A DNA stretch of 64,000 nucleotides, from assembly GCA_963711895.1 (NCBI GenBank), contig CAVQFU010000005.1, forward strand, positions 26,034 to 90,033. The letters are read 5' to 3'. This document shows, one piece after another, positions 56,774-64,000 of this stretch. How positions within the stretch are numbered: the first letter of the stretch is position 1; every line of letters begins with the position of its first letter. Under the pieces are notes generated by a model. The model saw nothing but the letters and a program-made list of their open reading frames with translations. It did no database searches and was not told where the DNA came from. The stretch comes from an uncultured Acidobacteriota bacterium. GTDB taxonomy: Bacteria; Actinomycetota; Acidimicrobiia; Spongiisociales; ZC4RG35. The translations under genes were made by a program, and so were the position numbers.

Positions 56774-57775
56774 TTGAACTTCGGGGTGGTGCTGCAGACC
56801 GATCCGCCCGCGACCAGGGTGATCGAGCTGGCGAAACGGGCAGAGCACCTCGGGTTCAGTCATGCCTGGACGTTTGACTCGCATGTGCTGTGGCAGGAGC
56901 CATTCGTCATCTATTCGCGAATCCTCGCCGAGACGCGAGAGCTGATCGTGGGGCCGATGGTCACCAACCCGGGCACCCGTGACTGGACCGTGCTCGCCTC
57001 GCTCTTCGCCACCCTGAACGACATGTATGGGCCGCGCACGATCTGCGGCATGGGCCGCGGGGACTCGGCCCTGCGCTACATCGGCAGGCAGCCGAAGACG
57101 ATCGAAACCATGGTCGAGTCGATGGAGGTCATAAAGGCCCTCGTCGCTGGGGAGGAAGTGGATTACAACGGGAAACAGCTGCGAATCCCGTGGATCGAGA
57201 AAGGCTGGGATCTCCCGATATGGGTTGCTGGCTATGGCCCCAAGGCGCTCGCCACGGCCGGGGAGCACGCCGATGGCTACATCCTCCAGCTCGCCGACCC
57301 CCAGATCCTCGAGTGGACGGTCGCCGCGGTGCGATCCGCCGCCGAATCCACCGGACGGAACCCTGACGAGGTGGAGATCTGCGTGGTGGCGCCGGCCTAT
57401 GTCGGCGAGGACGTGGCCCATCAGAGGGACCAGTTGCGGTGGTTCGGGGGCATGGTCGGCAACCACGTGGTCGACATGGTGAACCGTTACGGAGAGGATC
57501 GCGACAAAGTCCCGCAGGTCCTCTCGGACTACATAAAGGCTCGGGAGTCGTACGACTACGACCACCACGGCAAGTCGGGCAACCCCTCGACCGAGTTCGT
57601 GCCCGACGACATCGTCGACCGCTTTTGTGTCACGGGCCCGGTGGAAGCGCACATCGAGAAGTTGAACCACCTGAAGTCACTCGGTGTCGGTCATTTCGGG
57701 ATCTACCTGATGCACGACGACATGGACGGCACGCTGGAGGCCTACGGGGAGAAAGTCATCCCCGCTGTGGGGTAG
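56774..57775 (+). CDS. LLM-class F420-dependent oxidoreductase
   Basis: MNFGVVLQTDPP...LGFSHAWTFDSHVLWQEP...GMGRGDSA pattern. Confidence 0.8.
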   Translation: MNFGVVLQTDPPATRVIELAKRAEHLGFSHAWTFDSHVLWQEPFVIYSRILAETRELIVGPMVTNPGTRDWTVLASLFATLNDMYGPRTICGMGRGDSALRYIGRQPKTIETMVESMEVIKALVAGEEVDYNGKQLRIPWIEKGWDLPIWVAGYGPKALATAGEHADGYILQLADPQILEWTVAAVRSAAESTGRNPDEVEICVVAPAYVGEDVAHQRDQLRWFGGMVGNHVVDMVNRYGEDRDKVPQVLSDYIKARESYDYDHHGKSGNPSTEFVPDDIVDRFCVTGPVEAHIEKLNHLKSLGVGHFGIYLMHDDMDGTLEAYGEKVIPAVG

Positions 57776-57806
57776 GGCCGGGGATCAGGCCGAACTATCG
57801 TCTCAG

Positions 57807-60455
57807 GTGGTGTCTCCCTCCACTCGTCCAACTCTGCCGACGGGGACCGTCACCTTCCTCTTCACCGATATCGAAGGCTCGACACGGCTGGTGCAAGCCC
57901 TCGGTGAGGGCTGGGTCGCTCTCCTCGAAGCGCACAACAACCTCATCGACAAGGCCATCACGGAGAACGGGGGCGTCGTGGTCAAGTCCGAGGGGGATTC
58001 CTTCTTCGCCGTCTTCGCCGCCGCGCTCGACGCACTGAAGGCATCGGTGCAGGCTCAGCACGCTCTGATGGACCACCCCTGGCCGTCCGACGGTGTGGTC
58101 CGAGCCCGCATGGGGCTGCACACCGGGGTCGGCGCACTGGGCGCCTCTGATTACGTGGGTCTGGATGTGCATCGTGCGGCACGCATTGCCGATTCGGCAC
58201 ATGGTGGCCAGGTCGTCCTCTCCGAGCCAACGGCCGTGCTGGTGGAGCGTGAACTTCCCGAAGGTGTTTCCCTACGCGACTTGGGCAAGCACCGGCTCAA
58301 GGACCTGGCCGAGCCGGAGGCGATCTTGCAGGTGGTGGACGCGGGCCTTCAGACGGAGTTCCCGCTTCTCCGGACTCTCGACGCCATCCCGAACAATCTC
58401 CCCAAGCTGCTCACCAGCTTCGTCGGGCGGGACCGCGAGTTGGCCGAAGCGGTGCGCTTGCTCGGGTTGAACAGGATCCTGACCTTCACCGGGCCCGGGG
58501 GAACGGGCAAGACCCGGCTCTCTCTCCAGGTGGCGGCGGAGGTGGCCGACGACTACCCGGACGGGGTGTTCTTCGTGGATCTGGCGCCTGTGGTCGATGC
58601 CGACTTGATCCCGTCACGCATCCTGGAGACGCTGGGCATCCAGGTATCGACCCGCGATGAGCCGCCGGCAGTGCGGCTCGCCAGCCAGCTTTCGGACAAG
58701 GGTCTTCTCATCGTCCTCGACAATTTCGAGCAGCTGCTCGATGGCGCCCCTCTGGTCGCCGACATGCTGCGGGCATCCCCTCGGACCAAAGTGTTGGTGA
58801 CCTCTCGAGCGCCACTCCGGATCAGTGGTGAGCAGGAGATGCCAATCCCGCCCCTGGGGGTCTCGCTTGTCGATGGCGTAGCCGACCCGGACAGGTTGAT
58901 GGAATCCGAGGCGATCCGCCTCTTCACAGACCGGGCGATGTCGGTGCGCCCCGATTTCAGGCTGACCGCCGACAACGCGCAGGTAATCGCCGAGTTGGTC
59001 GGGCGTCTCGACGGTCTGCCCCTCGCCATCGAGCTGGTGGCCTCCCGACTTCGCCTGCTACCGGTCGACCAGATCCTGTCCCGTCTCGGCGCCCGCATGT
59101 TGAGCTCGGGGTCGGTGGATCTTCCCGAGAGGCAACGAACCATCGAGAGTGCCATCAGCTGGAGCCACGAGCTGCTCGGCCAGCCGGAGCGCAAGCTCTT
59201 TGCCCGATTCGCTGTCTTCGCTGCAGGGGCAAGGCTCGAAGAGGTGGAAGCAGTTTGCGGGCCCCCGGAAGAGTTGGGAGAGGACCCCATCGATTCACTG
59301 TCGACGCTGGTCGATCAGAGCCTCACCCAGAGAGTCGACGTCGAAGGCAGGCTTCGATTCCGGATGCTGCATGTCATCCGTGAGTTTGCCCAGGAGCGAC
59401 TCGACGAGTCGGGCGAGAGTGCGGCCATGGCCCGGCGTCACCTCGAGGCCTACACCGTGTACGTCGAATCTGTGGCCCCCGAATTGTTGCGAAGAGACCG
59501 GAGGGTGTGGCTCGATCTCCTCGAGCAGGACCAGGACAATCTCCGATCGGCACTCGACTGGGCGGTCGAGGCGGGTGAGGCAGATCTCGCTTTTCGACTC
59601 TCGGCCGGAGCCTGGAGGTTGTGGCAGGCCCGGGGCCATCTCCATGAGGCGCGCCGGAGGCTCGATGATGTGCTTGCCCTGGAAGGCGGCGAACCGAGAA
59701 ATCGGGCCAAGGCGATGGAAGCGCTCGGCGGCATTCTGTGGTGGCAGTCCGATCTCGTGAGCGCACGGGAGATCTACGGGAAGACAGTGCAAATGCAGCG
59801 ATTTCTCGGTGATCCGAAAGGGCTCGCCAACGCCCTCTACAACCTATCGCTCGCCACGGTTTTCACCCAGGAAGGCAGGGACGCTGCGGCTGCCGCTCTG
59901 GACGAGGCGGGAGCGCTGTATGGCGACCTCGGAGACATTGGCGGGCTCGGCGATGTCGAATGGGCATGGGGGAATGTCGCGGCCTACGAAGACCAGGACA
60001 TCCCGGGGGCAATTGCCCACATGAAAAAGAGCATCGAGTACTACGAGCAAGCCGGAAACGAGTTCGGAATGGGCTGGGGGTTGTTCGAGGTAGGGCACCT
60101 CTCGCGCGGGCTGGGGGAGTACGACCAGGCCTGGCAATACCTATCCCGGGGGCTGAGTCTGTTCGCCGAGCACCGGGATGTGAGCGGCGTGGTGCTGCTC
60201 CTCGCCGGCTGCGCCGGGCTGGCTCTCCTCTTGGGCGATCGAAAGCGCGCCCACCGGCTGGCCGGTGCCTTTCACGGCCTCCGCATCTCGTCGGGGACCG
60301 AGATCGTCCTCAACGAGATGAACCGGATCGAATCGCTCGATTTCGAGACTTTGGAGGCGCTGACTGGCGAGGCAGCGATCCCATACCGTGAGGGCCGGGC
60401 GATGAGCCTGGAGAGTGCAGTCGCATATGCACTCACCGGTCCGTCCGACGTGTGA
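57807..60455 (+). CDS. class III adenylate/guanylate cyclase domain fused to a STAND (AAA/NB-ARC-like) ATPase and TPR repeats
   Basis: VTFLFTDIEGSTRL...KSEGDSFFAVF...GLHTG...VGLDVHRAARI cyclase core, then FVGRDRELAEA...FTGPGGTGKTRL P-loop, then ~350 aa of TPR-like helices. No C-terminal HTH. Confidence 0.85.
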   Translation: MVSPSTRPTLPTGTVTFLFTDIEGSTRLVQALGEGWVALLEAHNNLIDKAITENGGVVVKSEGDSFFAVFAAALDALKASVQAQHALMDHPWPSDGVVRARMGLHTGVGALGASDYVGLDVHRAARIADSAHGGQVVLSEPTAVLVERELPEGVSLRDLGKHRLKDLAEPEAILQVVDAGLQTEFPLLRTLDAIPNNLPKLLTSFVGRDRELAEAVRLLGLNRILTFTGPGGTGKTRLSLQVAAEVADDYPDGVFFVDLAPVVDADLIPSRILETLGIQVSTRDEPPAVRLASQLSDKGLLIVLDNFEQLLDGAPLVADMLRASPRTKVLVTSRAPLRISGEQEMPIPPLGVSLVDGVADPDRLMESEAIRLFTDRAMSVRPDFRLTADNAQVIAELVGRLDGLPLAIELVASRLRLLPVDQILSRLGARMLSSGSVDLPERQRTIESAISWSHELLGQPERKLFARFAVFAAGARLEEVEAVCGPPEELGEDPIDSLSTLVDQSLTQRVDVEGRLRFRMLHVIREFAQERLDESGESAAMARRHLEAYTVYVESVAPELLRRDRRVWLDLLEQDQDNLRSALDWAVEAGEADLAFRLSAGAWRLWQARGHLHEARRRLDDVLALEGGEPRNRAKAMEALGGILWWQSDLVSAREIYGKTVQMQRFLGDPKGLANALYNLSLATVFTQEGRDAAAAALDEAGALYGDLGDIGGLGDVEWAWGNVAAYEDQDIPGAIAHMKKSIEYYEQAGNEFGMGWGLFEVGHLSRGLGEYDQAWQYLSRGLSLFAEHRDVSGVVLLLAGCAGLALLLGDRKRAHRLAGAFHGLRISSGTEIVLNEMNRIESLDFETLEALTGEAAIPYREGRAMSLESAVAYALTGPSDV

Positions 60456-60459
60456 CGTC

Positions 60460-60771
60460 CTACTCGAAATTGAGGATCGCCCAGATGAATAGACCGAGGA
60501 ACCCGGCGGAGAGGACCAGCAAGAGCCAGCTGACCACGACGATCCCGCTGAGGAACCGCCGGGATTCCCGATGATTCTGAATCAGGACGTAGGACCCGGC
60601 GGCGGCGCCGAGAATGGCGCAGACCAGCACCACGACGTTGTTCTCCACCAACCGGTTCAGGAAGAGACCGGCCACGGTTCCCACGCCGAAACCTGAGAGC
60701 AGGCCGACCGTGATGTCGTGGAGCCACCACCAGATCGGGCGGCTTGCTCGCGGCGTGATGGCGGTGGCCAT
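60460..60771 (-). CDS. hypothetical small membrane protein
   Basis: 103 aa with three hydrophobic helices, 48 nt downstream of the CGNR gene on the same strand. Confidence 0.5.
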   Translation of the reverse strand: MATAITPRASRPIWWWLHDITVGLLSGFGVGTVAGLFLNRLVENNVVVLVCAILGAAAGSYVLIQNHRESRRFLSGIVVVSWLLLVLSAGFLGLFIWAILNFE

Positions 60772-60819
60772 CCGCGCAATCTAGGGCTGAGCCCGGCGTT
60801 GTTGGAAGGGGGGTGGGCG

Positions 60820-61368
60820 TCAGAGCGTCGCTTGACGCTTCCGGTAGGCGGCCACTGCCTCTCGGGTGGAACAGTTGTGACAGCAGTGGACCCGTGACCG
60901 ATTACGGGTGGTGTCGACAAAAACGTCACGGCAGTTGCTGGCGGTGCAGGTCCCGAAGCGGCTGATCCCGTGCTCGACGACCACGCCGGCCAGACCCATG
61001 GCCGCGATCGCCCCAATGCGGGATGCCATAGGGGCGTCCACCGGCTCGTAGTGGAGATGGGGCTCACCGTCGTGCATCGAGACACGGGGCGTGGCGCTGT
61101 TCTTCTCCAGGACCACGTTGAGATGGGAGACGGCTGCCTCCAGATCCGGGGCAGTGAAAATCGCCCGCAAATCGTCGCGAAGTCTGTGAAGCTTCCTCAG
61201 GTCCTTCTCGGTGACCGCTTGAGCGTCGAGAGGGAGAAGTGACTCGTAGCGGGTCAGGAACGTCTCCAATTCGGCCACGGTGCTGATCTCGTCACCGGTG
61301 AGCTCATCGGTGTTGACCAGGTCAACCGCCAACTCCACCGTCTGATCTGAGTAATGAGAGAAATTCAT
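60820..61368 (-). CDS. CGNR zinc-finger (ABATE-domain) protein
   Basis: C-terminal CTASNCRDVFVDTTRNRSRVHCCHNCSTREAVAAYRKR zf-CGNR motif, with an ABATE-like N-domain. Confidence 0.8.
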   Translation of the reverse strand: MNFSHYSDQTVELAVDLVNTDELTGDEISTVAELETFLTRYESLLPLDAQAVTEKDLRKLHRLRDDLRAIFTAPDLEAAVSHLNVVLEKNSATPRVSMHDGEPHLHYEPVDAPMASRIGAIAAMGLAGVVVEHGISRFGTCTASNCRDVFVDTTRNRSRVHCCHNCSTREAVAAYRKRQATL

Positions 61369-61397
61369 TTGACTTATTACACCCCGTCCAATATGGT
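61369..61397 (+). promoter_or_regulatory. sigma-A-like promoter TTGACT-17 nt-TATGGT
   Basis: The -35 element is at 61369-74 and the -10 element at 61392-97, with exactly 17-nt spacing. It lies in an AT-rich region ~50 nt upstream of the small ORF at 61446. Confidence 0.4.
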
Positions 61398-61445
61398 AAC
61401 AAGTGTACGGATGAACGGTTATTACGTCAAGAGGAGGTTCGCATC

Positions 61446-61622
61446 ATGATTGGGCATCCTGCCATCGCATACATAGTGGCGCAGCGAATCCTCGACGAGC
61501 GACGCGAGGAAGCGCAAGCATTCCGACAGGCGAAAGCCGTAATGAAGCCTCGCACATTGAAGCTGGGCTCATACCGGCTCACCTTGAGCAAGGAGGTTCG
61601 TGGTGTTCCTCGCGCAGTGTGA
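61446..61622 (+). CDS. small hypothetical protein (58 aa, below the track cutoff)
   Basis: GAGGAGG 8 nt upstream of the ATG. MIGHPAIAYIVAQRILDERREEAQAFRQAKAVMKPRTLKLGSYRLTLSKEVRGVPRAV. Confidence 0.4.
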   Translation: MIGHPAIAYIVAQRILDERREEAQAFRQAKAVMKPRTLKLGSYRLTLSKEVRGVPRAV

Positions 61623-61791
61623 CAACCTCGGTCGGGAGGCGCTCATCTGGGCCTCGGACCTGGAAGGCATCATCAACACCGAAGCCGGCATCGTCCTTCG
61701 CTACCGCTGTGCGTGTGGCGAAACTGCCGAGATGCTGACCGGTTCGGGGTCAGACGTCCGTGTCAGCGTCCACCTTGGGCTGGCGGCCTGA
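61600..61791 (+). CDS. small hypothetical Cys-containing protein (63 aa)
   Basis: AAGGAGG at 61589-95 precedes the GTG at 61600/61603. Overlaps the previous small ORF by 23 nt. Contains C-x28-CAC. Confidence 0.4.
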   Translation: MVFLAQCDNLGREALIWASDLEGIINTEAGIVLRYRCACGETAEMLTGSGSDVRVSVHLGLAA

Positions 61792-61797
61792 GCAAAA

Positions 61798-63624
61798 TCA
61801 AGACTTCTTCCCGTACCGGCGACGATCGGCCTCGATCAGATACCGCTTGCGGACTCTGATCGCAGTAGGAGTCACCTCGACCAGCTCATCGTCGGCGATC
61901 CACTCGATCGCCGTCTCGAGGGTCAGCTCCCGGGGAGGTCTGAGATTGATCGCCTCATCGGAGGCATGGGTCCGGATGTTGGTGAGTTGCTTGGGCCGCG
62001 CCGCGTTGACGACCATCTCATCCGGGCGTGATGCCTCGCCGATGATCATCCCCTCGTAGACGACCTCGCCTGCACCGATGAAGAGATCTCCTCTCTTCTG
62101 CAGGTTGTCGAGGGCAAAGGCGGTGCTGGTGCCTGAACGGTCCGAGATCATGGCCCCACCGATGCGATGCGGCAGCTCGCCGACCCACGGCATCCACCCG
62201 TCGTGGTGTTGGTGGACGAGCGCGGTGCCCCTTGTGGTGGTCATCAGGAGCGAGCGGAACCCGAGGAGGCCACGGGCCGGTGCCACGATCGTGACGATCG
62301 ATCGGCCCGGGTCGCCCGGGGAGAGCTCGACGATCGTCCCCTTTCTCGGCGCGGCAGCTTGGGTGACCGCCCCGACGTACTCGTCGGGCACGTCTACCAC
62401 CGCCCTTTCCACCGGCTCGTGGGGCTTCTCCTCGATCATGCGGATCACCACCTCGGGCCTGCTCACCTGAAGCTCGAAGCCCTCGCGCCGCATCGACTCG
62501 ATGAGCACAGCGAGTTGGAGTTCGCCTCGCCCGGCGACCTCGACCACCTCGGGTGACGAGGTGGCGCCGAGGCGAATCGAGACGTTTCCTAGGATCTCCC
62601 TCCTGAGTCGGTCCTGGATCTGCCTCGAGGTCAGGAACTTCCCATCCTGGCCCGACAGCGGCGAGGTGTTGACGCCGAACGTCATCTTGAGCACCGGCTC
62701 GTCGACGATGAGTCGAGGGAGCGGCTCGGGGTTGGCAGGATCGGCGAAGGTGTCCCCGATCTCGACTTCGGGGAAACCGGCGACCACGAAGAGATCGCCT
62801 GCCTCCACCTCCTCGATCTCGGCCCGTCCCAGACCGGAGAACCCCATCAAATGGGTCAGCCTGCGCTTGATCGGGGGCTCCTCTTCGTTCCCGTGGCATA
62901 GAGCGATGGTGCTGCCTTGCCGCAGGGTCCCTTCGAATACCCGGCCGATGGCGAGACGACCCAGGTAATCCGATGCGTCGAGATTCGTGACTAGGGCCTG
63001 GATGGGCGCCTCCGGATTGCCCGCCGGCGCCGGGATGGTTTCCACGATCGCATCGAGCAGGGCAGTCAGATCCGACCCTTCGTCCGGTATGCCGATTCCG
63101 GTGACGGCGCGGCCCATTCGGGCGACCGTGGACACGATGGGGAAGTCAATGTGGTGGTCTTTGGCGTCGAGGTCGAAGAAGAGCTCATAGACCTCGTCTG
63201 CCACCTCGTCCGGTCGGGCGTCGGCCCGGTCCACTTTGTTGATCACCACGACCGCAGGTAGGTGTCGCTCCAGGGCTTTGCTCAGCACATACCTGGTCTG
63301 CGGCATCGGCCCGTCGGCGGCATCGACCAGCAGCAGAATCCCGTCGACCATGGCGAGGGCCCGCTCTACCTCTCCGCCAAAGTCGGCATGACCCGGGGTG
63401 TCGACCAGGTTGATCTTGGTCTCGCGCCATTGGATCGAGGCGGCCTTGGCCAGGATCGTGATCCCACGTTCCCGTTCCTGATCGGTGGAATCCATCACCC
63501 GCTCCACCCTCTCCTGATGGGCGGCGAACACCCCGGCTGCAGACAGCATGGAGTCGACCAGCGTGGTCTTGCCATGGTCGACATGGGCGACGAGCGCGAC
63601 ATTACGAACCGATTGGGTGGGCAT
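61798..63624 (-). CDS. typA: translational GTPase TypA/BipA
   Basis: Start [24 protein letters not shown] (G1), [12 protein letters not shown] and NKVDR. The track ORF start at 63876 is an upstream extension. Confidence 0.95.
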   Translation of the reverse strand: MPTQSVRNVALVAHVDHGKTTLVDSMLSAAGVFAAHQERVERVMDSTDQERERGITILAKAASIQWRETKINLVDTPGHADFGGEVERALAMVDGILLLVDAADGPMPQTRYVLSKALERHLPAVVVINKVDRADARPDEVADEVYELFFDLDAKDHHIDFPIVSTVARMGRAVTGIGIPDEGSDLTALLDAIVETIPAPAGNPEAPIQALVTNLDASDYLGRLAIGRVFEGTLRQGSTIALCHGNEEEPPIKRRLTHLMGFSGLGRAEIEEVEAGDLFVVAGFPEVEIGDTFADPANPEPLPRLIVDEPVLKMTFGVNTSPLSGQDGKFLTSRQIQDRLRREILGNVSIRLGATSSPEVVEVAGRGELQLAVLIESMRREGFELQVSRPEVVIRMIEEKPHEPVERAVVDVPDEYVGAVTQAAAPRKGTIVELSPGDPGRSIVTIVAPARGLLGFRSLLMTTTRGTALVHQHHDGWMPWVGELPHRIGGAMISDRSGTSTAFALDNLQKRGDLFIGAGEVVYEGMIIGEASRPDEMVVNAARPKQLTNIRTHASDEAINLRPPRELTLETAIEWIADDELVEVTPTAIRVRKRYLIEADRRRYGKKS

Positions 63625-63705
63625 CGCCTCCGATGGTATCGGCAACGCCGGTGATCGATACCGGATGGAGCGGTAGGCTCCGGCGCCCGACCGAAAGGAC
63701 AGCAC

Positions 63706-64000
63706 ATGGCCCTGGACAGCACCGGTCGCGCCCATTGGGAGGGCGATCTCACCACCGGATCCGGAACTGCGACCCTCGACACCGGCGCCGTTGGCCCGAT
63801 GCAGGTCACGTGGAAGGCTCGAAGCGAGGAGCACGCCGGCGTGACCAGTCCTGAGGAGCTGATCGCCGCCGCTCATGCCGCCTGCTTTTCGATGGCCTTC
63901 TCGGCGCGTCTGGGCAAGGCCGGAGGAACATCGATCGTCCTCGATACCGAGGCCACGGCCACATTCGTTCCCGGGGAGGGCATCACCGGGATCGTCCTGT
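63706..64000 (+). CDS. osmC: OsmC-family peroxiredoxin; 3' end runs off the window
   Basis: MALDSTGRAHWEGDLTTGSGT...SPEELIAAAHAACFSMAFS closely parallels E. coli OsmC (GQAHWEGD...NPEELIGAAHAACFSMALS) as I remember it. Confidence 0.85.
   Translation, partial: MALDSTGRAHWEGDLTTGSGTATLDTGAVGPMQVTWKARSEEHAGVTSPEELIAAAHAACFSMAFSARLGKAGGTSIVLDTEATATFVPGEGITGIVL

Noticed and set aside
56675-57670. Upstream two-thirds of track ORF 56273-57670 (465 aa)
   Set aside because: Only the last 133 codons, preceded by AGGAGG, look like a real DUF4383 membrane protein. The rest is antisense to the LLM F420 oxidoreductase at 56774-57775.
57807-60771. Cyclase plus neighbouring small TM protein considered as a Pycsar/CBASS-like defence pair
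   Set aside because: The small membrane gene is convergent (opposite strand) and more plausibly co-transcribed with the CGNR gene. The cyclase has the large STAND-TPR architecture of actinobacterial signalling proteins rather than a compact defence cyclase.

Overview
High-GC (about two-thirds G+C by eye), very gene-dense actinobacterial-type chromosomal segment. F420-type LLM and Ddn enzymes, DUF222/HNH '13E12-like' genes and GTGA/ATGA start-stop overlaps fit Actinomycetota, possibly Acidimicrobiia-like. I found no rRNA, tRNA, CRISPR array, transposase, integrase or phage genes. Most of the content is housekeeping and amino-acid metabolism: gltB, metH plus an MTHFR-like gene behind a SAM riboswitch, hom behind a putative Thr-leader attenuator, metX, lysA, mmsA and typA. 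There are two sugar/nitrogen catabolic loci: a cebR-cebEFG-bglC-like cellobiose locus, and a dihydropyrimidinase/beta-ureidopropionase locus with its own ABC importer. Regulators include PadR, ArsR, LacI, CGNR, an orphan histidine kinase and a cyclase-STAND-TPR protein. The best candidate for an undescribed system is the tightly coupled operon at 7082-10083. It encodes a MauE-like membrane protein, a Tat-exported 22-Cys protein that resembles the methylamine dehydrogenase light chain fused to five 45-aa propeller-type repeats, a MauD/TlpA-like thioredoxin, and an unknown protein. No MauB or MauG is present. Other notable signals: a ~48-nt structured repeat placed directly after stop codons, in 3 full copies plus 1 degenerate copy, with a compensatory stem change; at least seven apparent frameshifts in five genes, all corrected by skipping one base; a perfect LexA/Cheo box in front of a DUF222-HNH gene; and several candidate operators. 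All calls come from reading the translations and sequence by eye. No database search was run.
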